A DNA stretch of 64,000 bases, taken from assembly GCA_949300345.1 (NCBI GenBank), contig CASGDR010000001.1, forward strand, positions 328,695 to 392,694, given 5' to 3'. Every line of letters starts with the position of its first letter. Within the stretch, counting starts at the first letter, position 1. This DNA is from an uncultured bacterium. GTDB taxonomy: Bacteria > Bacillota_I > Bacilli_A > RFN20 > CAG-826. A program made the position numbers and the translations under genes. The notes under the pieces were generated by a model. The model was not told where the DNA came from. It did no database searches and was given only the letters and a program-made list of their open reading frames with translations. Of this stretch, positions 48,596-57,596 are shown one piece after another.

Positions 48596-49234
48596 TTAAT
48601 CCTCCTTCAGGATATCCCTGATGCGGTGAGAGAGGACCGCAAGGGAACTAGCGAGATTGACGTCTTCGACGAAGACGCCCGCCGGAGCCGCTATGTGGGT
48701 CGGAGCAAAGTTCCAGATTCCGACCGCACCCCCGGCGATGGCCTTGTCCGCTACGCTTTGGGCGTGGGATGCAGGCACGCAGATGATGGCGATATGGGCA
48801 TTGAGGCGGGGCATCATTTCCTCTAGGCGCGACACATCCATGATGGCCTTGCCATTGATTTCGATTCCGATCTTATCGCTGGAGGAATCGAAAGCGGCGA
48901 TGATGTCCAACCCCATGTCGGCAAAACCCGGATAGTCTAAAAGGGCCTGGCCCATGCGGCCGACCCCGATGAGGACTGCGGTCGTCGAATCGCGGTAGCC
49001 CAGAAACGTCTCGATGTCGTCAATGAGTCCCTGCACTTCGCGTCCCCTGCCGGGTACACCGGAGTTGTTGGTGACTGCAGCCAAATCCTTTTTGACCTGC
49101 TCCTCATTATAACCTAGTCTAGAGGCTATCAGTCTACTGGAAGCAAAAGCGCGGCCCTCGTTGCGGAGTTCCTTGAGGATCTTCAGGTAAATCGGGTAAC
49201 GCGTCAGTTGGTTCTGGGAGAATGACTTTGTCAT
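48596..49234 (-). CDS. rex: redox-sensing transcriptional repressor Rex
   Basis: Winged-helix N-terminus (RYPIYLKILKEL) and a Rossmann NADH-binding domain (VLIGVGRMGQALLDY ... GIWNFAP). The track start at 49264 is TTG; the first ATG is 49234. The stop lies 1 nt before the adhE ATG. Confidence 0.8.
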   Translation of the reverse strand: MTKSFSQNQLTRYPIYLKILKELRNEGRAFASSRLIASRLGYNEEQVKKDLAAVTNNSGVPGRGREVQGLIDDIETFLGYRDSTTAVLIGVGRMGQALLDYPGFADMGLDIIAAFDSSSDKIGIEINGKAIMDVSRLEEMMPRLNAHIAIICVPASHAQSVADKAIAGGAVGIWNFAPTHIAAPAGVFVEDVNLASSLAVLSHRIRDILKED

Positions 49235-49267
49235 AGCAACTCGGTAATTTTTTACCGAAAACAAATA

Positions 49268-49282
49268 TATACCACAGGTATA
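49268..49282. promoter_or_regulatory. perfect palindrome TATACC-aca-GGTATA immediately upstream of rex; candidate operator
   Basis: 6-bp inverted arms with a 3-nt spacer, located 35-50 nt upstream of the rex ATG. It is not the canonical Rex box TTGTGAAnnnnnnTTCACAA. Confidence 0.25.
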
Positions 49283-49316
49283 GGCTATGCAACAAAAATC
49301 GGTAAATAAATCCCGA

Positions 49317-50348
49317 TTATTTTACCGGTGTAATGAAGAAGCGCCCGTAGACCTGCACCAATTCGGTCACCTGGATGAAGGAAGACGGGTCTTCGGTCTG
49401 GATGACCGAGATGGCATCCTTTAGCTCATAGGAAGAGACGACCATGGTAATAATGTACTTGTCGGCGTGGGAATAGGCACCCTGGGCCCGGACTATGGTC
49501 GCGGCATGGGGAAATACCTCTATTAGATAAGAGGCAAGGTCTTCCCTGGCCGTCACTATTTCGATCTTGGTCTTCTTGTTGCGGATGTTGATGGTATCCA
49601 CCACTATTTGGCTGACCATTATATAAAGGACGGTGAAGAACAAAGAAGCAAAGGCCACGATGACCTCATTGTAGGCCCAGCCGGCCTTGGTCGCGGTAAG
49701 AAGGAAGAAGGCCAAGGCCACGGTGCCGTTTAGCATCATCGCGTATTTCCCGGTCAGGGTGGATTTCTTCAAAGCGATGTAATAGGCGATGACGTCGATT
49801 CCGCCGGGGGAGAGGTCGAACTTGAAGGCGATCGCGGTCGATAGTCCGGTCAGGACGCCGGCGAATAGGGCCCGGGCCAGCATGCCTCCGTTCTGGTTGA
49901 TGAAGTCCACGAAGGATGAGAGCCACTCGATGGGAAGCGAGCCCAAAAGGGAAGTCAAAATGGATACCGAGGCGACATTGATGAGGGTAAAGATGGTGAA
50001 CCTCTTGGAAATGCCGACCCAGGAAAGGATCAGGATGGGGATATTGAGGACAAAGTAGAGAATCGAATAGGCGACGGCGTGGTTGATTTCCACCATCGGG
50101 AAAAGCAACTCCAAGGCCAGGGTCAATGTTTGGCTGACGCCGGACATGCCACCGGAAACGATGGGATCGAGGGTCGCGCCATCGACGGGGGCCGAGGGAG
50201 CAAGGAAGCAGACATAGCCAAAGGCAAAGCAGAATGCCGAAAGGGTCGACATCAGTATTGCCACCGTATTTTCGTAGATTCCCTTGGCTACTGGGTGTCC
50301 GGCTAGGAACACCTGCACCTTGTCATTTACATGCCTTTTCTTGCCCAT
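49317..50348 (-). CDS. YitT-family membrane protein (DUF161 + DUF2179)
   Basis: 343 aa, about 5 TM helices, then the C-terminal soluble DUF2179-like region EIVTAREDL ... VTELVQVYG. Confidence 0.65.
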   Translation of the reverse strand: MGKKRHVNDKVQVFLAGHPVAKGIYENTVAILMSTLSAFCFAFGYVCFLAPSAPVDGATLDPIVSGGMSGVSQTLTLALELLFPMVEINHAVAYSILYFVLNIPILILSWVGISKRFTIFTLINVASVSILTSLLGSLPIEWLSSFVDFINQNGGMLARALFAGVLTGLSTAIAFKFDLSPGGIDVIAYYIALKKSTLTGKYAMMLNGTVALAFFLLTATKAGWAYNEVIVAFASLFFTVLYIMVSQIVVDTINIRNKKTKIEIVTAREDLASYLIEVFPHAATIVRAQGAYSHADKYIITMVVSSYELKDAISVIQTEDPSSFIQVTELVQVYGRFFITPVK

Positions 50349-50883
50349 GCGGACTGATTATAAGGATTCGCTTCCGTGAGCGTTAGAGAATTCGTGAACG
50401 AATATAGAGATATTGCCAATGTGGCAAAGATAGGGTTAAGGAAGGCGCGATGATGGAGAGTGAAAACCCCTACATAGACCAAAGTCGTTGCCCTTCGTTC
50501 TCTCCGCGGCAAGATGGACCAAGGACGGATTGGAAGGAAGGCACCGCCAACGTTGATTAGAAGACTAAAACCAAGAAGAAAGCCAATTCAAAATCAAGCC
50601 GAATAACAGCAATTCCAAGTTGGTTTTGCGGGGTTAAAGCTCAATCCGTGAGGTTTTTGCCACATATGTTGAAAGCCCGCCAATGGCCAAAGCTGAGCAA
50701 AATCGTCCAACTTTTTGTTGGAAAGCAAGGATGCCGTTTATAGAATATTGCCGGTCTTAAGGCACTCGGGCAGATGTCCTTCCCTTAAGGGAAAAGGGGC
50801 CAAATGGCTTCTTGTCACCCTTATAGGGTAGTGATATTATTAGCCCGCTGTTCACAACAGACACGCATTTCGGAGCAAACCAA

Positions 50884-51774
50884 ATGATAATCATCAAATC
50901 GATAGGCGCATTCTTCGCAAGGATATGGAGATGGATCAAGGAAACGGCCTGGGTCCAGCCCCTTTTGATCGTTGGGGCGGTCTTCGCCGTCATCTTCTCG
51001 ATCCCCTCTTTGACCTCATGGATTAACTCCATGGCTTCTTCCGGGGACGGTTCCTTCTATTCTGATGCCCGCAGGGCCAAGACCCTCGAAGGCGAAACCC
51101 GCTGGGCCGCCGAAGATAGCGACGACCCCTACTTCTCCGTCGCGGATTCGATGACCGACCTCCTGGCCGCCGCCATCAACGAAACCGATAACGAAGCAGC
51201 GGTTGCCGCCGTCAAGGAAGAGTTCGGCACCAAGTTCTTCCTCCTCTATGTGGGTGAAAACTGCGAAGCCTGCCTCAATGACGAAGGCGGATTCGAAACC
51301 CTTTACGACAATTGGAAGACCAACTTCATCCCCACCGATGGCCGCGACCTGAACATCTACACCATCGACTCCGATGAAATCAGCAACAACGACGAAGACT
51401 ACGAAAAGACCCCCTACGATACCGCCTTCAAGCGCTATCTCGATAACTGGGCCGATGACTTCTTCGAGCCGCTAGGCAGCTACCTCTATGAAACCACCCC
51501 CTACAGGGTCAACGCCTCGATCGAGGATTCCGAATACACCTGGTTCAGCAATGCCGAAGTCCAGGGCGATTCCATCTTCTCGACCCCGGTCACCATCCTA
51601 TTCGACTTCTCCGATGAGGCCATCGCCGAAGAACGCGTGGCCGAAGCCGTGTTCACCAGCCTGACCGGCGACGGGAACTACGAGAAGGCCGACTTCCTAC
51701 TGAAGATGTGGAACCATCTCGACAGCGATATCCAGAATATCTTCTCGAACGATTACCGCACCTCTTCCAACTAA
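50884..51774 (+). CDS. hypothetical membrane-anchored acidic protein
   Basis: 296 aa. N-terminal TM/signal anchor, then a strongly acidic Asp/Glu/Tyr-rich extracytoplasmic domain containing CEAC. GGAG RBS. No family recognised. Confidence 0.4.
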   Translation: MIIIKSIGAFFARIWRWIKETAWVQPLLIVGAVFAVIFSIPSLTSWINSMASSGDGSFYSDARRAKTLEGETRWAAEDSDDPYFSVADSMTDLLAAAINETDNEAAVAAVKEEFGTKFFLLYVGENCEACLNDEGGFETLYDNWKTNFIPTDGRDLNIYTIDSDEISNNDEDYEKTPYDTAFKRYLDNWADDFFEPLGSYLYETTPYRVNASIEDSEYTWFSNAEVQGDSIFSTPVTILFDFSDEAIAEERVAEAVFTSLTGDGNYEKADFLLKMWNHLDSDIQNIFSNDYRTSSN

Positions 51775-51801
51775 TTGCCCGCCTCGGGTTATAATCAAAG
51801 C

Positions 51802-52338
51802 ATGAAGAAGGGACCAGCATTCCGGATCGAAGGAAACAAAGCCGTGCATTTGGTCTACGGCAAGGATTCTTCGGTTGAAGGAATCGAAACGGTGCCTTCT
51901 TTTTCTATCTGTGATGGCAACTCTCTAGCGATTGCCACCACTACCGATCCGGTGATCATGCTGGTTACCCCCGATAAGCTCTCAATCGGCAGATACACCG
52001 ATGAAGAACTGCTGAACAAGAAAGCCTATGAGGATTTCAAAAGCTTAGTAAAAGATCCCGAGCAGTGCGAGGTCCACATCTATGCCGGGACCGTATTTGC
52101 TTCCCGCCCCATCAAGGAGGGAGAACTCGATGCCTTGAGGTCGATTGGGTTGCTCGAGGCCAGCAAGATTTCCCAAGGGAAGACCTACCTTGACCTACCG
52201 GTATTGAGCCTACTTCAGATGCGCCTGCTTGGCATCGATATGAAAAACATCTATCTGGACCGGATAGACCCCAGAAATGAAAACTCCCTCTTCGTCGAGG
52301 GAGGGACCAACATAGTCCAGATTCTCAGGAAGGCCTAA
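51802..52338 (+). CDS. hypothetical protein
   Basis: The track ORF starts on TTG at 51775; the first ATG at 51802 is preceded by TTATAAT 6 nt upstream (leaderless-type). 178 aa with no motif. Its stop overlaps the convergent coaD stop. Confidence 0.35.
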   Translation: MKKGPAFRIEGNKAVHLVYGKDSSVEGIETVPSFSICDGNSLAIATTTDPVIMLVTPDKLSIGRYTDEELLNKKAYEDFKSLVKDPEQCEVHIYAGTVFASRPIKEGELDALRSIGLLEASKISQGKTYLDLPVLSLLQMRLLGIDMKNIYLDRIDPRNENSLFVEGGTNIVQILRKA

Positions 52339-52811
52339 AGGCCTTTTTTCTTTAGGTAAGGTAGGACCGCCTTAGGGACCAGCGCCGAGACATCGACTCC
52401 GGAATGGGCCATGGATACCACCGAGGAGGAAGAGATGAAGCTTTCCTCTTTCCTAGCCATGAAGAAGACCATGTCAATGGAAGGGTCGATGAATTCGTTG
52501 GCGGCCGCGAGGGAGAATTCGTATTCGAAGTCGGTCACGGCCCTAAGCCCGCGGACGATGTGGTTGGCCCCGTGCTTCACGCAGTATTCAACGGTCAGCC
52601 CATCGGTATAATCCACTTCCACCCCAGCCATTCCGGCGGTGGATTCCTTCATCATCTCCAGCCTTTCCTGAACGGAGAAGTTGGAAGTCTTCTCGGGATT
52701 GACCGCGAGCAGCAAGATGACCTCATCGAAGGCCTTGAGGGCCCGCTTGAGGATTTCCAGGTGCCCGTTGGTAAGGGGGTCGAAGGACCCGGGGTAGACG
52801 GCTTTCTTCAT
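52335..52811 (-). CDS. coaD: phosphopantetheine adenylyltransferase
   Basis: YPGSFDPLTNGHLEI (H/TxGH motif) and ISSSxV; 158 aa. Confidence 0.85.
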   Translation of the reverse strand: MKKAVYPGSFDPLTNGHLEILKRALKAFDEVILLLAVNPEKTSNFSVQERLEMMKESTAGMAGVEVDYTDGLTVEYCVKHGANHIVRGLRAVTDFEYEFSLAAANEFIDPSIDMVFFMARKEESFISSSSVVSMAHSGVDVSALVPKAVLPYLKKKGL

Positions 52812-53341
52812 ATGACTAGCACAAGTATATAGGTTCTTCCGTAGCGGTAGGTCTTCGAAAATGAGAAATCTCCTTCCACCTTAGGCGGTTCCTCTTCGTA
52901 TTCGAGCATCAGCTTGCTTCCCGGATGGACCAGCCCGTTTTGAAGTATGAGGGATACCGCTTTGGCATAGAATCCTTTTTCCTTATAGGGAGGGTCGATA
53001 TAGACCAAGTCGAAAACCTTCCCCTTTTTCGATAGTTCGATGATGGCCTTTTCATAATCGAGGTTAAGGAGTTCCACATCGAAGCCCCCCGCGTTCCTTT
53101 TGATGACGGCAAAGGCCCCTTTGTCCTTTTCGTTAATGGCCACGTAAGAGGCACCCCTGCTATAGGCTTCCAGGGCGATGGCTCCGGAGCCGGCGAACAA
53201 GTCGAGGACCTTCGCCTCCATGATGGAGGGCCCATAGATATCGAAAACGGCTTCCCGTACCCGGTTTTTGGTGGGCACGGTCACCCCATCGGGCACTTCG
53301 AGCTTCTTGCCCCGGTATTTGCCGCCGAAGATATTGATCAT
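52808..53341 (-). CDS. rsmD: 16S rRNA (guanine966-N2)-methyltransferase
   Basis: VLDLFAGSGAIALEAYSRGA SAM-binding motif and DPPY motif. Conserved ylbH-coaD synteny. Confidence 0.8.
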   Translation of the reverse strand: MINIFGGKYRGKKLEVPDGVTVPTKNRVREAVFDIYGPSIMEAKVLDLFAGSGAIALEAYSRGASYVAINEKDKGAFAVIKRNAGGFDVELLNLDYEKAIIELSKKGKVFDLVYIDPPYKEKGFYAKAVSLILQNGLVHPGSKLMLEYEEEPPKVEGDFSFSKTYRYGRTYILVLVI

Positions 53342-53664
53342 CGGCTATAAAGCCCTCCGAAGACCAAGTCGGATATCTCCCGGCTTAAGTCATTCCACTG
53401 ATTCAAGGCCTTGAGGTATTCGGCCGCGCTAGGCTGGGTATAAAGTTTCTCTTTTATAGAAGATAGTTCCTTTAGCAAGGCCGCGGTTGTCTTTTGCTCA
53501 AGCCCGGGTTCATTGAGCCTATCCTGGATTTGCTTGAACTGCTTGGACAAATCAAGGCAATCCGGATCACGTTCCATTTTCTTCTCCAGTTCCAAAAGCC
53601 TCAGATAGCGGGCGTCTTGCTTCATGGCCTTGGCTAGGCTAATGCATTCCTCGATGAGCGGCAT
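53338..53664 (-). CDS. YlbF/YmcA-like (DUF964) regulatory protein
   Basis: 108-aa helical protein positioned as in the Bacillus ylbF-ylbH-coaD region; weak sequence-pattern match. Confidence 0.4.
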   Translation of the reverse strand: MPLIEECISLAKAMKQDARYLRLLELEKKMERDPDCLDLSKQFKQIQDRLNEPGLEQKTTAALLKELSSIKEKLYTQPSAAEYLKALNQWNDLSREISDLVFGGLYSR

Positions 53665-53712
53665 GGCATCATATTCTAAGATAAAGGCAGGACAAGGTGT
53701 TAGAATCCTAGC

Positions 53713-54258
53713 ATGCTCAAGATCGTCAAGGACAACGTACCCTCGCTTAGGGCCAAATCCAAGGAAGTGGACCTGCCATTGGATGAAAAGACCCTAGCCA
53801 CCATCAAGGAAATGATGGAATACCTCAAGCTCACGCAAGACGATGAATTCCGCAGTTCCCACCCCTCGATTAGGGAAGGCATCGGCCTAGCCGCCCCCCA
53901 GATCGGCAAGAACCTGAGGATGTTGGTCATCTATTATCCCAAAGGGGAAGGACAGTTCGTCGAACACGCCTTGGTGAATCCCAAGATCGTTTCCAGATCG
54001 CTCAAGAAATGCTACCTCGAATCCGGGGAAGGCTGCCTATCGGTGGAAGAATCACACGAAGGCTATGCATACCGGGCCTACCGCATCCAGGTCAAAGCCT
54101 ATGACGCCCTAAAAGGCGAAGACGTCATCATCAAGGCCCAGGGATTCGACGCGATCGTCCTCCAGCATGAGATCGACCATCTCGACGGCATCCTCTTCTA
54201 TGACCGCATCGACAAGAAGAATCCTTTCAAAAAGGAAGTGGGCGCCGTTTCCATCTAG
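53713..54258 (+). CDS. def: peptide deformylase
   Basis: GLAAPQIG, EGCLS and QHEIDHLDG motifs. Confidence 0.85.
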   Translation: MLKIVKDNVPSLRAKSKEVDLPLDEKTLATIKEMMEYLKLTQDDEFRSSHPSIREGIGLAAPQIGKNLRMLVIYYPKGEGQFVEHALVNPKIVSRSLKKCYLESGEGCLSVEESHEGYAYRAYRIQVKAYDALKGEDVIIKAQGFDAIVLQHEIDHLDGILFYDRIDKKNPFKKEVGAVSI

Positions 54259-54356
54259 GTAAGCGCTTTTACATGCCCTCGTGGTCTTTTTTTGCTACTA
54301 TATCTGTGCAAATCTATTTCCATAGATAAAGCTCAGGAAAGGAAAAAGGCTTCCTT

Positions 54357-56024
54357 ATGAATTCACCAGTAAACATCTTCGCCTTGGGCGGACTCGGGGA
54401 AGTAGGCAAGAACACCTACGCCTTCGAGACCGACAAATCGCTGATTTTGGTCGATGCCGGCGTCCGTTTCCCCGAAGCCAACCTCCCTGGCGTCGATTAC
54501 GTAATACCTGATTACACCTATCTGAAGAACAACCGGGCCAAGTTCAAGGCCCTATTCATCACCCACGGCCACGAAGACCATATCGGGGGCATCCCCTTTT
54601 TGGCCCGTTCGGTCTCCATCCCCGTCATCTATGCCCCGAAACTAGCCTGTGCCCTCATCAAGCACAAGCTCGAGGACGCGAGGATCAAAGAACCCATCAA
54701 AATCGTGGAAATCGATTCGGATTCCGTTATCAAGATCGCCGATGATTTCACCGTCTCCTTCTTCAGGGTCACCCACTCGATCCCCGATGCCTATGGGGTA
54801 TGCATCGACACCAAGCAGGGACGCATCATCGAAACCGGCGACTTCAAGATCGACCTCACTCCGGTCGGTCCCCAGTTTGAAATCGGCAAACTCTCCGCCC
54901 TTGGCCAACAGGGCGTCGATCTGCTGATGTCGGATTCCACCAACGCGGAACTCGAAGGCTACACCCCTTCGGAAACCGCGGTCCGGCGCGGGGTTGAGGA
55001 AATCTTCGAAAAGGCCCATAGCCGCGTCATCGTTTCCACCTTCTCCAGCAACATCAACCGCATCCAGCAGGTGGTCGAAGTGGCCATCGAACACGGAAGG
55101 AAGGTCTGTATCCTCGGGCGCAGCATGGTCAATGTCGTCTCCATCGCCAGGCAATACGGCTACATCAAGATCCCCGATGCCTCCTTGATCGATGACGAGG
55201 ACGTCAAGAACCACAAGCCCTCGGAAATCTGCATCCTCTGCACCGGTAGCCAAGGCGAGTCCATGGCCGCCCTATCGCGCATCGCTAGGGGCGAACACAA
55301 GGTCAAAATCATGCCGGGGGACACCATCATCTTCTCTTCCAACCCCATTCCCGGAAACGGGGCCTTGGTCGATCGCCTCGTCAACGATCTGGTAAAGCAG
55401 GGTGCCGACGTCAAACAAAACTCCTTGGCCTTCTCGCTTCACTCCTCGGGCCACCCCTCGAGGCAGGAGCTAAGGCTGATGCTAAGGCTGGTCAACCCCA
55501 AGTACTTCATGCCCTGCCATGGCGAATACCGGATGCTGCGCCTACATGGCGAGCTGGCGGAAGCCCTTGGCATCCCCCACGAAAACATCTTCGTAAACGA
55601 CAATGGGGACGTTTTGACTCTGGATAACCATGTGATTACTCGTTCGGGCCATATCCCCGCAGAACACGTATATATTGACGGAAATGACCTCGACGGGCTC
55701 TCATCCGCGGTCATCCGCGATAGGGAAATTCTCAAAAACGACGGCATGGTGGCCGTGCTGATGACCATCGATACCAAGAAGTCCTCGGTCATCGTCCCGC
55801 CCATCGTCTACGCCCGCGGTTTCTCGGCCTCCATCGATACCCATGTGGTCCGCCACGCCCAGATGACCGCTGAGGAAGCCTTGAAGAACGTGATGCCCAA
55901 CCACCCCTCCTTCAACGAAATCAAGAACGTCATCAAGACGGCGGTGGGCAAATACATCTACCGCAAAACTGCCCGTTCCCCGATGATCATCCCGGTCATC
56001 ATGAACATCGAAGGACAATGCTGA
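54357..56024 (+). CDS. rnj: ribonuclease J
   Basis: Beta-lactamase motif HGHEDHIGG, beta-CASP and a C-terminal domain; 555 aa. The N-terminus NIFALGGLGEVGKNTY is typical of RNase J. Confidence 0.9.
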   Translation: MNSPVNIFALGGLGEVGKNTYAFETDKSLILVDAGVRFPEANLPGVDYVIPDYTYLKNNRAKFKALFITHGHEDHIGGIPFLARSVSIPVIYAPKLACALIKHKLEDARIKEPIKIVEIDSDSVIKIADDFTVSFFRVTHSIPDAYGVCIDTKQGRIIETGDFKIDLTPVGPQFEIGKLSALGQQGVDLLMSDSTNAELEGYTPSETAVRRGVEEIFEKAHSRVIVSTFSSNINRIQQVVEVAIEHGRKVCILGRSMVNVVSIARQYGYIKIPDASLIDDEDVKNHKPSEICILCTGSQGESMAALSRIARGEHKVKIMPGDTIIFSSNPIPGNGALVDRLVNDLVKQGADVKQNSLAFSLHSSGHPSRQELRLMLRLVNPKYFMPCHGEYRMLRLHGELAEALGIPHENIFVNDNGDVLTLDNHVITRSGHIPAEHVYIDGNDLDGLSSAVIRDREILKNDGMVAVLMTIDTKKSSVIVPPIVYARGFSASIDTHVVRHAQMTAEEALKNVMPNHPSFNEIKNVIKTAVGKYIYRKTARSPMIIPVIMNIEGQC

Positions 56025-56563
56025 TTTTGGCTTCCGCATCCCCTAGGAGAAAGGAATTGCTATCCAAACTGGTTCCTTCTTTCAAGGTCGAAGCCGCCAA
56101 CATCGACGAGAAGGTCCTCGACGGGCTGCCCGCCCACGAGCTTCCTTTAGAAGAAAGCAGGCTAAAAGCCTATGACGTCTATTCGAGGCACCCGGAAGAC
56201 GAAATCCTCTCGGCCGATACGGTCGTGATACTCGAGGGCGAAATCCTGGGCAAGCCCAAGGACGAGGAAGAGGCCTTTAGGATGCTGATGAAGCAGTCCG
56301 GCAAAACCCAGACGGTCCTAACCGGCTATACCTATATAGGCAAGGGCAAGGAAATTTCCCGCTCCATCGCCAGCAAGGTCACCTTTAGGAAGCTAAGCGA
56401 GGAAGAGGCCTGGGATTATATAAGAAAAGCCCGGCCGCTAGATAAGGCCGGGGCTTATGGGATCCAAGACGAAGGAACCCCGGTCGAGAGCCTAGAAGGC
56501 AGTTTCGACAACGTGATGGGACTTCCTACGGAAGACCTCAGGAAACACGTATTCAGGAATTGA
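56018..56563 (+). CDS. maf: Maf-family nucleoside-triphosphate pyrophosphatase
   Basis: LILASASPRRKELL N-terminus, Maf fold, about 181 aa. Overlaps the rnj stop. Confidence 0.8.
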   Translation: MLILASASPRRKELLSKLVPSFKVEAANIDEKVLDGLPAHELPLEESRLKAYDVYSRHPEDEILSADTVVILEGEILGKPKDEEEAFRMLMKQSGKTQTVLTGYTYIGKGKEISRSIASKVTFRKLSEEEAWDYIRKARPLDKAGAYGIQDEGTPVESLEGSFDNVMGLPTEDLRKHVFRN

Positions 56564-56969
56564 AGATGCGGCCCTCCCATTCCAGGGCCGCTTTTTCGAT
56601 GACCACGGTGAGTTTGTTGCCAGAGAGAATATAGGGAGGGAAACCGGCCTGGTCGAGGCCTTCCTTTTGAATTTTGGATACATCATCGAGGACGATGATG
56701 AGCCTAGAGCCCTTGGCTTCATGGCTAAGGACGTTGTCGCTGCCCCCTAGGGCCCTAAGGATGTCGGATTCGCTCACCCCGACCTTGATGGGTTCCCTTT
56801 TCTTCTGTTTGGGGACCTTGACCTTTTTGGCTTTCTTGACGGTTGCGTCTTTCCTTCTTCTTAGATATACGAATAGCCCTAGGGCCAAGACGGCCAGGAT
56901 TATGGCCCCCGCCACCGAAAGAGGAATGATCAGATCGCCGGTGTTTACGCCTTCAAGTATCTTTGCCAT
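56553..56969 (-). CDS. membrane-anchored protein with a PTS-EIIB(Glc)-like domain that lacks the phosphorylatable Cys
   Basis: N-terminal TM helix, Lys-rich linker, then LRALGGSDNVLSHEAKGSRLIIVLDD. This resembles the EIIB motif (GG..N ... CATRLR), but with AKGSRL in place of CxTRLR. Confidence 0.4.
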   Translation of the reverse strand: MAKILEGVNTGDLIIPLSVAGAIILAVLALGLFVYLRRRKDATVKKAKKVKVPKQKKREPIKVGVSESDILRALGGSDNVLSHEAKGSRLIIVLDDVSKIQKEGLDQAGFPPYILSGNKLTVVIEKAALEWEGRIFNS

Positions 56970-57023
56970 GGTGGAAATACTCCGTTTCGTTTAGGTTATA
57001 ATACAAGAGTTGAGGACGAAAAT

Positions 57024-57596
57024 ATGTCAAATGCCATCGAAATCGAAGCCAAAGCCCTGATCGACAAGGACAGCTACCATAAGGTCATGGGCCTTTTCAA
57101 GGGCGCGGTCCCCTATTCCCAGACCAACTATTACATCGATAACGAAGAATCGGAACTGAAGAAGGAAGGCATTGCCCTACGCATCAGGCGCAGGGACGGG
57201 AAGCTGCAGATGACCCTGAAGACTCCCCTTAGCCAAGGCCTTCTGGAGAAGAACGAGGATCTGGCTGAATGGGAGTTCGTGGATTTCGAGACCAAGGGCG
57301 ATTTCCCCGAAAATGACCTCAAGCGCTTCCTTACCATGCTAGACATCGATGCCGAAAGCCTGCGCATCATCACCAGCCTGACCACCAAGCGCGTGGACAT
57401 TAAATACAAAGGCGGGCTCCTATCCATCGACGAGAATTACTATTCGGGGCGCTATGACTACGAAATCGAGCTCGAATACAACAACATGAAGGATGCCGAA
57501 AGGCTCCTCAAGGAACTTCTTGACGATAACAAGATCCCCTACACCCTCACCAACAAAACGAAAACGGCCCGGGCCCTGGAAGCCGTCGGCCGTTAG
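57024..57596 (+). CDS. CYTH-domain protein (CyaB-type triphosphate tunnel metalloenzyme)
   Basis: The N-terminal EIEAK motif and alternating Glu/Lys/Arg beta-strands (IALRIRRRDGKLQMTLK ... EIELEY) are characteristic of CYTH. Confidence 0.7.
   Translation: MSNAIEIEAKALIDKDSYHKVMGLFKGAVPYSQTNYYIDNEESELKKEGIALRIRRRDGKLQMTLKTPLSQGLLEKNEDLAEWEFVDFETKGDFPENDLKRFLTMLDIDAESLRIITSLTTKRVDIKYKGGLLSIDENYYSGRYDYEIELEYNNMKDAERLLKELLDDNKIPYTLTNKTKTARALEAVGR

Noticed and set aside
49235-49316. Canonical Rex operator (TTGTGAAnnnnnnTTCACAA) upstream of rex
   Set aside because: Not found. Only a non-canonical TATACC-aca-GGTATA palindrome is present, reported as a low-confidence regulatory feature.
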